Of a DNA stretch of 64,000 bases, positions 40,554 through 52,856 are shown in pieces. Source of the stretch: Malacoraja senta (taxonomy: Eukaryota); NCBI GenBank assembly GCA_038087875.1, contig CM075988.1:15252001-15316000 (forward strand). The letters run 5' to 3'. Numbering within the stretch: the stretch's first letter is position 1; every line of letters begins with the position of its first letter. The notes below the pieces were generated by a model, which made no database searches, was not told the origin of the DNA, and was given only the letters and a program-made list of their open reading frames with translations. The position numbers and the translations under genes were made by a program.

Positions 40554-40699
40554 CTGCAAAACAAAAGTAAATAGCCAGTTACTAACTGAGCACATTCATG
40601 CCTCTGGGTGCAGAATCAGGAAACAATCAAGTCAGAAGGCATCTGCAGAGACCAGCCACAAATCTCTGTTGGAAGTGGCCTACGTTATAGAAATGAGAG

Positions 40700-40970
40700 A
40701 CTGTTTCAACCATTCCTTTAGAAAGGAGATGAGAAGGAATATCTTTAGTTAGAGGATGGTGAATCTGTGGAATTCATTGCCACAGATGGCTGTGGAGGCC
40801 AAGTCAATGAATATTATTAAGGCAGAGTTTGACAGATTTCTGATTTTAGGGGTTATGGAGCAAAGGCAGGAGAATGGGGTTGAATGGGAAAGATAAATCA
40901 GCCATGATTGAATGGTGGAATGGACTTGGTGGGCTGAATGGCCTTATTCTGTTCCTAGAACCTATGTATT
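40700..40970 (+). mobile_element. CR1 3' fragment
   Basis: FRKEMRRNIFS...gtgaatctgtggaattcattgccacag plus the 3' UTR. Confidence 0.85.
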
Positions 40971-41157
40971 TATGAACTATTCCATGGCTCACCCTAGTAC
41001 AAGAGATTACAATGTACCATGTGGGCTTATTTTTTTCTTTAAGAGGCAACACCAAACATGGGAGCTTGTAACCCAGAACAAAAATAGAAAACTTAATTAC
41101 CTCAGCTGTAACAGTTCTCCAAATAGAGACGAGTTAGAAGGAACCACATACACTGAT

Positions 41158-41460
41158 CGGGGTGGCACAGTGATACAGCAGTAAAGTTGCTGCCTGATAG
41201 CGCCTGAGACCCGGGTTAGATCCTGACTACAGGTGCTGTCAGTGCGGAGTTTGTACATTTTCCCAGTGACCGCGTGGGTTTTCACTGGGTGCTACAGTTT
41301 CCCTCCCCACACTCCAAAGACGTACAGGTTTGTACATCAATTGTCTTCTGTATATTGTAATTTGTCCCTAGTGTCTAGAGTAGTGCTAGTGTATGGGGTG
41401 ATTGCTGGTTTGTGTGGAGTCAGTGGGCCAAAGGGCCTGTTTCCACACTGCATCTAAAGT
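41158..41460 (+). mobile_element. HE1/V-SINE-like element
   Basis: tRNA head, V-domain-like body and tail. Confidence 0.88.
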
Positions 41461-41651
41461 ATGTCACACAGTATTGGAACGTTAATCCATGTATTAATAC
41501 ACCACACAGGAGGAAGAGACCAGCCTGTGGTGCAAGTCAATGCTATTACACATCTATCAAGGTGGCATAAATAACTTTCTGTTTCAATATCTATTTAGAA
41601 GCATCCCTAGCTCCAGGTCGGGGTTAAATATCAGGATTAACAGTTTCTTAC

Positions 41652-41760
41652 CCTGGAGTAGTGCCAAGCCCAGATTGGCCGCTTGTTGAGGTGTGGCCAT
41701 TATCAGTGGACGATGTGATTGGTGATGAAGGTCTGTTGATCATACTGGAGGAAGACATGC
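41652..41760 (-). CDS. POU2F3: POU2F3 exon: (G)MSSSSMINRPSSPITSSTDNGHTSTSGQSGLGTTP(G)
   Basis: ttttccag| ... GG|gtaaga; phase 1 in, phase 2 out; RPSSP motif shared with human. Confidence 0.88.
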
Positions 41761-41787
41761 CTGGAAAAGTCAACATCAAAACACTTA

Positions 41788-41939
41788 AGGGCCTGTCCCA
41801 CTTAGGCATTACGCACACATTGGTGCGCATTACGCGCGCATGGTGCATGGTGACGTGGCGCCCCAGGATTTGGGGATGTACAAAATCTTCGAGCGCCATC
41901 TGCGTGACGCGCAAATGATGCCCAAGTGGGACAGGCCCT
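41788..41939. mobile_element. PIF/Harbinger-type MITE, 152 bp
   Basis: TIR agggcctgtcccactt / aagtgggacaggccct (16/16, extending with mismatches); 3-bp TSD tta at 41785-41787 and 41940-41942. Confidence 0.85.
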
Positions 41940-42334
41940 TTAGAATCACTCTCAACTGGAGCATTCAGGTCAGGGAAGCAGAGTCTTCTTCGTCGCTCCA
42001 CAGCATTCATATGTATCCATGACAATGAATGGGTCAGATTTGGGGTAATAAATGTAATATCCCAAATTTTATTAACCAACATTTGAATTTAGAAGCATTT
42101 GTGTGACTTAAAAACAGGACTAATCATTTCAATGTTCAACTCATTGTGACATTGAAATTGAGGCACAAGAGAAAAACAGATGCTGGAATATGGAGCAAAA
42201 GAAAAACTGCTGGAAGAACTCTGGATCAAGCAATATCTGTGGAGGCAAAAGGATGGTCAACATTCAATGTCAAGACCCTGGAGCAGGACAGAGAGTAGAG
42301 GGAAGATAGCCAGTGTATATAGAAATGAGAGGGA

Positions 42335-42655
42335 ATTTAGTTTAGAGGCATTGCATGGAAACAGGTCCTTCGGCCCACTGAGTCCATACTGACCATCGAT
42401 CACCCATTCTCACTGGTTCAGTTATCCCACTTTTCCATGCACTCCCTACACACTCGGGGCAATTTACAAAGACCAAATAACATATAAACCCGCATGCCTT
42501 TGAGATGTGGGAGGGAAGCGGAGGACCCAAAGGAAACCAACGTGGTTATAGGGAGAACGTGCAAAGTTCATATAGACACCACCTGAGGTCAGGATTGAAC
42601 CCAGGTCTCTGGCGTTGTGAGGCAGCAGCTCTACCTGTGTGCAACAGTGCCACCC
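42335..42655 (-). mobile_element. HE1/V-SINE-like element
   Basis: Family head, body and tail on the minus strand. Confidence 0.85.
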
Positions 42656-42811
42656 ATCATCAGGGATGTGACAGAGGCTCGAAATCATCTGCTGGTTCTA
42701 CCTATTACCTTCCATCCTCTGCCGTAGTGTCCCCATTTCTCCTACAATGTGCCCATGCAGTTGATTCCCGACCGATGTTTGATACATTAATGGTATATGT
42801 GTAGTTCCTAC

Positions 42812-42878
42812 CTGTCATATTCAAGCTGTTGTGCATCTGTGACATGATCGGAGGTTCAATGGATCCCGAGGTGGAAAC
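42812..42878 (-). CDS. POU2F3: POU2F3 exon: VSTSGSIEPPIMSQMHNSLNMT(G)
   Basis: ccttttgtag| ... G|gtagga; 67 nt, phase 0 to 1; similar to human VSPSGSLGPLSVPPVHSTMPG. Confidence 0.9.
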
Positions 42879-43549
42879 CTACAAAAGGAAATACATAAGT
42901 TGGAAACAACCTGTTTAACCCACAACTTAAGTGACAAAAGCTACCAGAAGATTCAGAAGCATTCTTATGTGGATTTGAATCAAGCTCTTGGCAGAAATGA
43001 CAGCCTATCTCAAATAGCTGAATGCTTTGCTTCTAAACTCATGAAGCAACATCCTGGCTGCCCGTTCCTTCCAACTCCTATCATACATGCAACAAAGCTA
43101 TACAGCATGGAAGGAGTACCTTCAACCCAACATGCTGACATTGCCTAACCAAACTAGTACCACTTGCCTGCGCCTGGCTCATCTCCCACCAAATGTTTCC
43201 TATCCATGTAACTGTTTAGTGTCTTTAAAATATCATAATTGTACCCTCCTCTATCACTTCCTCTGGCAACAACCCACAAACACATCACTCTCTAGTGTGA
43301 AAATGTAAGCCCTCGGGTCAGATTTACAACTTCCCCCTCTCACTTTGAACTTATGCCTGTTAGTTTTAGACTCCCCTATCCTCGAAAAAGATGGTGACTA
43401 TTCACCTCGTTTATGCTTATTGCATGCACTAATTCCCATGACACAGATTTCCACCCACTCACCAAGACAGAAATTTCTGCTTATCCGGGGCTGGTTGGCA
43501 AACAGATGGGTCGGAAGAAGATGCAAGAGATTATGGAAGGTGGACAAAA

Positions 43550-43736
43550 TGTGTAGGAAAGAATTGGAGATGCTGGTTTAAATCGAAGGTAGACACAAAA
43601 TGCTGGAGTAACTTAGCGGAACAAGCAGCATCTCTGGAGAGAAGGAATGGGTGACGTCCCGAAACGTCATCCATTCCTTCTCTCCAGAGATGCTGCCTGT
43701 CCCGCTGAGTTACTCCAGCATTTTATGTCTACCTTA
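43550..43736. mobile_element. Penelope-derived near-perfect inverted pair
   Basis: aaggtagacacaaaatgctggagtaac...gaatgggtgacgt / acgtcatccattcc...ccagcattttatgtctacctt. Confidence 0.88.
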
Positions 43737-44332
43737 GCGTAGGTGGGGCCTGGCATTTACTTTAAATGTATTATTTTTTGTTGCAATATTAACATCACCA
43801 CCCGTCATGGGGCAAGGAAGGAAACTCTGAGGGGTTAACTGTTCAATGAGAATAAAACCTCAGCACACTACAGCTGACATCTTCAGTCACGCTCCAATAG
43901 TTGCTGCAGCTTAAAAAATAACTGCATATTTATCCCTCACTCAACTCAATCTTTCTTCCTCTGAATTCACCTATTTAAATTTATACATCCTTATTCTGTC
44001 TGGCACCCTAAATTCCACATTCTTATGGTCTGATTAGTTAAGGACAAAGTTCCTTGCATTATAGAGGTTGATATGTCATTTCCAACTCCCAGTTATAGCA
44101 ATTTGCTGGGAAAAAATGTTGGCAATTTCACTGATAAGGGCGAGCCTTGCTGTTTCTTCCAACTAATTGTAACAATTTTGGAGCTGGTCAGCTAAGTGAT
44201 GGGTTTACTCAAGTTATAGGGATGTGTGGACACTGACTGTGGCAGGGAGAATGGGTGTAAAATGTAAACAAGGTCTCCAAGAAGGCAGGAACGGCAGACA
44301 TCAATAATTGCCCCAGAGGCAGTGAGACTCAC

Positions 44333-44494
44333 CAGCCGTGAGCTATACATTGGTGCTTTGGTGGAAGAAGCAATGGGACAGTTAATCCTTTTCTCTTTCT
44401 GACGCCGATTGCAGAACCAAACACGGACAACTTCTTTCTCCATCGACAACTGCTCTGAAATCATCAAAATTTCTTCAGAGCTGGGCTTCGAGTT
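44333..44494 (-). CDS. POU2F3: POU2F3 exon, POU homeodomain helices 2-3
   Basis: [54 protein letters not shown]; cctcag| and |gtgagt. Confidence 0.97.
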
Positions 44495-44829
44495 CTGAGG
44501 TGAATCAGAAGAGTGGTTAAATTAGATGCTGCTGCAAGCAAGCTTATCATTGCATCTATACTTCACCATGCTATACTCGTACATATGACAATAACATCCA
44601 CTTCTCTTGAATTAAGCAGTTAGAATTCTGCATTACACTAGAACTGAGGCCTAATGGTATGGGAAAGAGTATTGAATGAGAATTGATGAAAACCAATAGA
44701 TTATTGTTGGACAAAGTTATTGAAGATCATGAAACCATCGATGGAAATTAAGATAAATCTCCAAAGATTTAGCTAAATGGTACAACAGTCCCAAACAACT
44801 GTCTGTTTTAGCTATTATGGTGGAGGGGT

Positions 44830-44832
<3 letters not shown>

Positions 44833-44882
<50 letters not shown>
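44833..44882. repeat. (GA)n microsatellite
   Basis: Direct observation. Confidence 0.97.
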
Positions 44883-44884
<2 letters not shown>

Positions 44885-45064
44885 ATTGAGAAAATAATGG
44901 ATGAAATAGGTAGCGGAGATGGAAGGAAAGGGTGAAAAAACCCCAGGTTATATTCATAAGCTTGCCAAGTTCTACGTGTGATTAGGGACAAGAGTGAATT
45001 CTGACAAACCCATTCACTGGTGTTAGACTGAGCCAGAGCATTAACATTGTTGAGCTGAACTCAC

Positions 45065-45210
45065 CTCATGGAAACGCTTCTCCAGGGTCATGCGGATGTT
45101 GGTTTCAATGCTTGTTCGCTTCTTCCTTTTGCGGCCAATGCCCTCCATCCCAATCATCTGGGGTGCGAGAGATGCCAGGCTGTTCAGTGTTGAATCAGAG
45201 GGGGCATTTT
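45065..45210 (-). CDS. POU2F3: POU2F3 exon, linker and homeodomain N-terminus
   Basis: (E)NAPSDSTLNSLASLAPQMIGMEGIGRKRKKRTSIETNIRMTLEKRFHE; ccggcag| and |gtgagt. Confidence 0.96.
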
Positions 45211-45361
45211 CTGCCGGAGGAAATATTCTGTTAATGAGATTCATTGTGGCATGTACACAGTAATCCAAGATGCACTCTGCTTTGGTCAAACGACATGCAA
45301 GCCAAAGAAGAGAAAGCGTATATTTGTTCAAGGGAATCCAGAACGATTAAGTGCTGGGCGC

Positions 45362-46242
45362 ACTAGATGAAAGTATACATGGTTTGATTAGTAGATTTGC
45401 AGATAACACAAACAAATTTGGAATTGCAGATAGTAAGAATGGTTGTCAAAGGATACAACAGGTTTTAGAACAGTTGAAAATTTGGGCAAAGAAATGGCAG
45501 ATGCAGTTTAATTCAGACATACGTGAGGTGGTGTATTTTGGAAGGTCAAATGTAAGAGAAACGTATGCAGTAAATGACAGGGACCTTCAAGATCATTGGT
45601 GTACAGCGGGACCATGGGATGCATTTTCATAGATATCTGAAAGTGGCAACGCAAGCGGATATAGTGAAGCGGATGCCTTCATCAGCCAAGACACTGAAAA
45701 TAAAAGTTGGCAGGTTATGTCTTATAAAACTTAAGTTAGGCCACATTTGAAGTATTTGTGCAGTTCTGTTGGCTGTGTTGCAGGAAGGATGTGGAGGCTT
45801 TGGAGAGAGTGTAGAAGATATTCAGCATGATGTTGCTGGATTGAAGACTTTTAGCGAAGAGAGATTGGACAGATTTGGATTGTTTTTGCTGAGTGGAAAC
45901 TTTATAGGGCTGAATACAATTGTGGAAGGAATAGAGAGGACAGCTGATCAGTGTCTTTTTCCAAGGGTGGAAATGTCAATTATTAGAGGGCATAAGTTTT
46001 AAAGTGAGGAGGAGGAAATTTTAAGGGTGATTTCCAAGGTAAGTTTTGCTTTGCACAGAAGGTGGTAGGTGCTTGGAGCGTGCTGCCAGAGGAATTGGTA
46101 GAAACAGATATCTTTAGGCAAATAATAAAGGGAAATGGACCTTGTGCGGGCAGGTGGGATTAGTTTAGATTGGCATCATATTCAGCATAGAGGCTGAAGG
46201 GCATTGTTCCTGTGCTGCACTATTCTGTATACTGTTCTATGA
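45362..46242 (+). mobile_element. Degenerate CR1 LINE (RT C-terminus to 3' end)
   Basis: ISRFADNTNKFG...WAKKWQMQFN and FPRVEMSIIRGHKF. Confidence 0.88.
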
Positions 46243-46939
46243 ATCACACCAGACAGTGTGTGTAAATTCACCCTCAATCAGTTGGAGGCTATTGACTGGT
46301 CACATTGCCTGTAGGAAGACACCTGGTGAGTATTGTCATACAATGAGTACAAGGTGGATTCACTATTGTCAAAGCTGACCAGAAAACGCTTCCATGACCC
46401 AAACAGTATATGGGTCTTCAACATGGTTCTCACACTCAGGGCAACTCTAACTCACAATTGTGGGAATGTAGTTAAGGGACACACATCAAAATGGATATTC
46501 ACTTAAAAATAAATAAATATCACTAAATTTCTGCACCTTTGTCCAGGGATCATGCTGGTGAGAAGCATCTTTCAAACGAACACAAGAGTAGCTTGTCAGA
46601 CAGTGTTTAGTTTATAGATACAGCATGAAGACTGGCCCTTAGGCCAACCGGGTCAGCGCCAACCAGCGATCCCCGCATGTAAACACTATCCTACACACGC
46701 TAGGGACAATTTTTACATTTACCAAGCCAATTAATCTACAAACCTGCACGTCAGTGATGTGTGCATTTGGAATAATCAACCCAGCAGGGCGGTCTATTGT
46801 CTACAGTCAACATAACAGGAGAATGGGTTTGCAAGACTAATTTAATTCTATGGTAATTTTTTGCTTGTGACTGAGAAGGGCACAGTACTAGCATGGAGCA
46901 GGGATGGGGAGGGAAGGAACTCTGTTTGGGGGTGAATAC

Positions 46940-47081
46940 CTGCATCACTCAACCATTTTTCCAGCAGTGGCTTGAGTTTGCACATGTTCTTGAAACTCAG
47001 GTTCAAAGCCTCAAATCGGGAGATCGTAGTTTGACTAAAATCATTTCCATAGAGTTTTCCCATCGCTAATCCAACATCCCC
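46940..47081 (-). CDS. POU2F3: POU2F3 exon, POU-specific domain second half
   Basis: [47 protein letters not shown]; 142 nt; ttttcgtag| and G|gtattc. Confidence 0.98.
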
Positions 47082-47129
47082 CTACGAAAACAAAAAAACA
47101 TTTTAAGGATATGCAAAGTTGTTTAATTT

Positions 47130-47525
47130 CACCGAGTCAGAGTTTGAAAACTGCTCCAGCACAAATATTTCAGCTGACAATCCAGTGAAGTACTGAGGAA
47201 AGGTTGGACCATCCAAGATGGTGTCTTTTGGATGTTTGCTAAACCCAAGGCCACACCGAGGCCCTAAGATTGATGGAAAAGATCCTCAGAAACTATTTTT
47301 TAAATGTCAGAGAGGCACATTTGAAAGGTGAAATGTCAATTTCTCACCCGACATTACTAAAACAGATTATTTCCTCATTGTCACAATGCTACTTGTGGGA
47401 AATTGCAAATTCTGCCTTGGATTTTCCTGCATTAACTCTGTAATTACATATTCAAAATCGATACATTGGTTGGAGTGTACTTTGGGATGTCTGAAAGGGA
47501 TACCATAGAAATGCATGTCTAGTTT
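47130..47525 (+). mobile_element. Ancient DeuSINE (SacSINE1/AmnSINE1-like)
   Basis: gctgacaatccagtgaagtactgagg...aaaagatcc...actaaaacagattat...ttgtggga and an L2-like tail; recalled similarity to the Deu domain. Confidence 0.65.
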
Positions 47526-48076
47526 CTTTCCTCCGATTTAAAATAGATGAGCAGGTTGTTATTGGGCTGAGTTCTAAAGGGAATCTTCGCACCATTTCAT
47601 ATAGTCCATTCCACCTGGCTGCTGATCACATAACCATTAGCTCTGAAAGGACCATTTATGGAAGATAGTGCATGGTTACTGTCTTGATGCAAACTGTGGG
47701 TCATCTCCAGCAGATGTCACCCAACTGAATGCTGTATTTGCCAAATTGTTATACACATTCATTGCCCCAATTCAGATTTGCCACCAATTCTAATAAAATG
47801 TCATTGATGGCAGAATTAAATGTTTTAAGTTTCAGAGGTGGTCAGTGTGGGAGCAGTCTGCTCACCTGGATGAACAGTGGCTGGCCATATAATTGACTGA
47901 CATTGGTTGGTATCCAACATTCTGTTCCAAACATGGTTATCTGCAGAAGCACCACTTTCTCTTGATCCCCACAAGCTGCAGGACTCTGGTCAGACACAGA
48001 CACAAAGAGACACAGAGAGACATAGAGCTCCTTCACCACATTGAATCCCAACAACTGCTGGACCCTGTTTTCTTAC

Positions 48077-48271
48077 CTGAGTGAAACCCAGCTTAATGCG
48101 CCTTTGTTTAAATGTTTTTGCAAACTGTTCCAGTTCCTCCAGGTCATTAGGTTCATCAGACTGCACAGAAGAGATGTGCTTTGGAGCAATGGGCTTTGGG
48201 ACCTGGTGTGGAGGAAGGGCTTCTAAATGAGACTCCAAGGATGAACCCATGAGACCTGATCGAATGACTGC
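48077..48271 (-). CDS. POU2F3: POU2F3 exon, start of the POU-specific domain
   Basis: [18 protein letters not shown]...[27 protein letters not shown]; aacag| and |gtaaga; GSSLE.HLEA is POU2F3-like. Confidence 0.96.
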
Positions 48272-48615
48272 CTGTTAAGTTATTAAAACAAACTCATTTA
48301 ATGGGTTAGAACCTAAAATCTTTAGCGAACAGAGTTACACAGTAACACTTATCAATTACAGCCTTGCCATAAGACAGGAGTAGATCTTCTCCCTTTCAGT
48401 AAGATCACACAGCTGTAACTCTACAAACTGTACTTTCCCTCTGATCCATATATCATTTAATTCCCCCAAACCAGGGGTGGGGAACCTGTGGCCTTAAGGC
48501 CTCATGCGGCCTTCTAGGCCATTAAGTGCGGCCTTTTGAATGAATCCAATATTTGTAGAACAAATCCTTTTCTTTTTATTATATGTTTTTGTTCGTCTTT
48601 TATTATTTTAATTTT

Positions 48616-51600
48616 TTTTTTTTTTTTAATTAATATTTTTTTATTGGAGATGCGTACACAACCTAGTTACATCATTACAGTCTTACAGTCTTACATTTTT
48701 AAATTGATAATATTGTTAAATATTATTACAATGTCTCCAATACTTTTTGCTTTTTTTTAAAACTAAATAGAACTAAAGAGAAAGATGAAGTAAAGAGAGA
48801 AAAGAAAGAGAAGAGAAAAAAAAAAAATTAATAATAAAACAAAAAAAAACAAAAAAAACAAAAAAATTGAGAAAAGATAGTTAAAGGAGAATGGAAAAAT
48901 TTATTAAAATAGAAAACTTCATTCGAGATATATTCGTACATTTCTAGATATAGCATTTCATCCATTCTTTAGCCCGGGTGTTAGTCAGGTTCCTGTGCTG
49001 AACTGTTCTGACCCTTTAGGTAATCAATAAAAGGAGACCATGTTCCAATGAATAATTCCTGTTTGTCCAACAGGGAGAGTCTGATTCTTTCCACGTTTAA
49101 GGTCTCCGTCATTTCTATAATCCACATTTTGATTGTGGGGGTCGTAGGGCCTTTCCAAAATTTTAGAATTAATTTTTTTCCTGTTATTAAACTATAATCA
49201 ATAAAGTTTCTTTGTGTTGTTCTAAATGTTTGATTTAATTCTAATATTCCAAGTATTATTAATTTTGGGTCTGGGTCCAATTGTGTGCTGGTTACTTTAG
49301 ATATTATACTGAAAATATTTACCCAGAATTGTTTAATTTTTATACAGTTTGCAAACATATGAGATAAGGTAGCTTCTAAATGTTGACATTTATCACATAT
49401 AGGTGAGATATGTTGAAAAATTTTGTGTAGTTTTGTTTTAGAATAATGTAACCTATGTATTACTTTAAATTGTATTAGAGAATGTCTGGCGTTTAATGAA
49501 CATTGATGTATGTGTTGCAAACTTTCTTCCCAAGTATCTTTCGTTATTATTTGATTTAATTCTTTTTCCCATGTTTGTCTGTGTAAGTCCGTCGATGGAA
49601 TGTCACTGTCTAATAAGATATTATATATATATGATATTAATTTTTCTGTATTAGGATGTTTGTTCCAACATTCATCAAGAATTTCTGAATTTCTAATTCT
49701 AAAATTTTGAGTATTTGATTTTACGTAATCTCTAAGTTGAAGATATCTGAAGTAATCATTTCCTCGAAGTCCGTAAGTCTGTTGCAACTCCTGAAATGTC
49801 AGAAAAGTGCCTTCCTTGTAAAGTTGTCCCATATTTTTAATTCCATAATTCTTCCATTGTGTAAAACCCCCGTCCAACCATGAAGGCTTAAACAAAGGGT
49901 TATTCACAATTGGAAGAAAAAGTGATAAATTATCTAATTTTAATGTCTTTTTTAATTGTTTCCAAATTCGTATAGCACTAAATATTATAGGGTTTTCCCT
50001 ATAAATTTTTTTGTTTAATTTAGACGTAGCAAATAAAATCGAACCGATATCAAAAGGTAAACAATCTTCCTTTTCCATTTTTAACCAGTCTGGTTGATGA
50101 TCTATTTCTTCCAACCAGAAATTCATATTTTTAATATTAACTGCCCAGAAATAAAACAAAAAGTTGGGTAAAACCAAGCCTCCATTTATTTTTGATTTAC
50201 ACAAATGTCTTTTGTTTATCCTATGATTCTTATAATCCCAGATAAAATCATTAACAATAGAGTCCAGTTTTTAAAAAAAGGTTTTTGCCAGATATATCGG
50301 TAATGTCTGAAACAGGTATAATATTTGCGGTAAAAAAATCATTTTTATGGCATTAATTTTGCCTACCATTGAGATAGGAAGTGTTTTCCAGTATTGAATA
50401 TTCTTATGTAGTTTATTTAGTAATGGTGGAAAATTTGCTTTAAATAATGATGTATATTTCTTAGTTATATAAATACCTAGATATTTAAATTTTTCCTTTA
50501 CTATTTTAAATGGATATTGTTGTATTATCTGTTTGTTATGTTCCCTTATTGGCATAATTTCACTTTTATTCCAATTTATTCTGTATCCTGAAAGTGAACC
50601 AAATTGGGTTATTAGCTTTAATAAGTTTGGAATACTAATTTCTGGTTTTGTAATATAAATTAATACATCATCTGCATATAGAGAAATCTTATTCACTGTG
50701 TCCTTTGTGTTATATCCGTGTATTTCCGGATGCCCCCTGACTCTTTCTGCAAGTGGCTCAATAGCAAGCGCAAATAATAATGGAGATAACGGGCATCCTT
50801 GTCTACAACCTCTAGATAGACTAAATTTAGATGACAACCTTTGGTTTGTAAATATTCTAGCCGTGGGATTTGTATATAACAGTTTTATCCATGTACAGAA
50901 TTTCTCCCCTAACTGCATATTTTCCATCACCGAAAATAAATAAGACCATTCGACCTGATCAAATGCTTTTTCAGCGTCAAGTGAGATTATTGCTAGATCT
51001 TCATTAATATTTCTCTTGGAATATATAATATTAAATAATCTTCTTAGGTTATAATATGAGTACCGTTTCTGAATAAAGCCTGTTTGATCAGGGTGTATTA
51101 ATTTATTCATCATTGTACTTAATCTATTCGCTAGTATTTTAGTTAATATTTTCTGATCTGTATTTAAAAGTGCGATTGCTCTATATGATCCCGGGTCTTC
51201 CAGATCTTTATCAGCTTTAGGAATAAGTGTTATTATAGATTCATTTAAGGTGTCTGGAAGTTTCTGTTGAGTATAGATATACTCGTACAACCTTTGTAAA
51301 CGTGGACAAAGCAAGTCATGAAATTTTTTATAAAATTCGGAGCCTAAACCATCTGGTCCTACTGCTTTCCCATTTTTTAAAGAGCCGATTGACTCCTCAA
51401 TATCTTTTATGGTAATCTCCCTTTCTAATAATTCTCTATCGTTTGAATCTAAACCTTTTAAATTACATTTTAGTAAAAAATCTGCTATTCCTTCTGATTG
51501 TCCTACGGTTTTAGTTGAATAAAGGTTATGATAGTATTGGAGAAATCTATCATTTATGTCCTTGGGCATTTTTAATAATTCTCCTGTCTCTGTTCTAATT

Positions 51601-52218
51601 TTATGAATTATTTTTTCCCCTTCCATTTTTCGTAACTGACGTGCTAATAGTTTTTGTGGTTTGTCTCCAAATTCAAAATGTAATTGTTTGGTTTTTTGAT
51701 AAAGTTTTATTACTTGTTCTGAATACATTTTATTTAATTTATATTTCAATACAGCAATTTTATTATGTTTTAAAATAGATGGCGTTCTCGCATTTTCTAT
51801 ATCTAGTTGCTTGATTTCCCTTTCCAATGTTTGTTGTTTAATCCTGTTCTCTTTATTATAAAATGCTTGAGCGGAAATCAATGTACCACGAACAAACGCT
51901 TTAAACGTTTCCCACATAAGAGAAGTAGGTGTGTCAGGGTTGTCATTTACCTCAAAAAATATTTGAATCTGTTTAATAATATATTCCTGGCATGATCTTT
52001 CGTTCAAAATTTGTGGGTTAAATCTCCAATATGTTTGTTTCTCGGACATTCCATTTAATTTAATCATGAATGTTACAGGTGCGTGATCTGAGATTATAAT
52101 GTTATGGTATTTTGAATTATAAATAAATGGGATAAACCTAGAGTCAACCAAAAAATAATCTATTCTTGAGTATGTTTTATGTACTGGTGAGTAAAATGAG
52201 TATTCCCGTCCAGTTGGG
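48616..52218 (-). mobile_element. 5'-truncated young L1-clade retrotransposon (end of endonuclease, RT, C-terminal Cys/His motif, 3' UTR, poly(A))
   Basis: YSRIDYF...ISDHAP, GKAVGPDG, SLDAEKAFD, GCRQGCPLSPLLF, LYADD, CDKC...HMFANC; poly(A) tail; perfect 16-bp TSD ttattattttaatttt at 48600-48615 and 52219-52234. Confidence 0.96.
48981..52218 (-). pseudogene. L1 ORF2 remnant: one reading frame with a single in-frame TAA at 50273-50271
   Basis: ORFs 50271..52151 and 48981..50204 share a frame and are joined by TFF*KLDSIVNDFIWDYKNHRI. Confidence 0.92.
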
Positions 52219-52856
52219 TTATTATTTTAATTTTAATCTTAAAATGAACGTATTTAAAATCCCAAAGAGTAAAAGATTCAACTAAATAACCCTCCCTGAC
52301 TGACGGCCACAATTATAACATTAGTAAGTCATGAGGGCTATTTTAATAAAATTATGTACATTTTGAAGTATATCTAGTTGAAGTTTCTTGGATGCGGCCT
52401 TATTAGATTTACAGCTAACTTGATGCGGCATTCCAACATGAATAGGTTCCCGGCCCCTGCCCCAAACCTTGCAAGTCAAACCTACATATATCAGCAATTG
52501 TGTTTCCACAGTGCAGGGTTCCAAAGATTCCGTAGTTTTGATTTAAAAAAAATATTCTCTCCTCAGTCTTGCCAAACTCTTAGCCTGATATCATAAGCCT
52601 CAGTTAAGGGACACTTCTGTTCATCAGGAAATATAAATACATCTATCAACAATCAGTAAATTTCCAGACGCTGTCATATCAATTCCACAATCCCAATTCC
52701 ACAGAGGTGGACGGATGTCTGGCAAGACAATGGCCCACACCATTCCCATGCTAATCTTACACGGTGGTACAATTTTGACTGAAGTTGCCTTTATTCATTT
52801 CACTAATTCTCAGAGGCTAAAAGCTACTCTAACATAGAGAATTTGCTTTGTGGCTA

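Larger units (their letters stand above)
48472..52459. mobile_element. hAT (Charlie-like) MITE, about 370 bp of its own sequence, split by an L1 insertion
   Basis: TIRs caggggtggggaacct / aggttcccggcccctg (14/16); perfect 8-bp TSD ccccaaac at 48464-48471 and 52460-52467. Confidence 0.9.

Noticed and set aside
41761-42082. Upstream part of ORF 41648..42082 as extra POU2F3 coding sequence
   Set aside because: It runs through the MITE and intron; only 41652-41760 has splice sites and homology
50204-50273. Apparent two-ORF or frameshifted L1 structure
   Set aside because: Both ORFs are in the same frame; the break is a single in-frame stop
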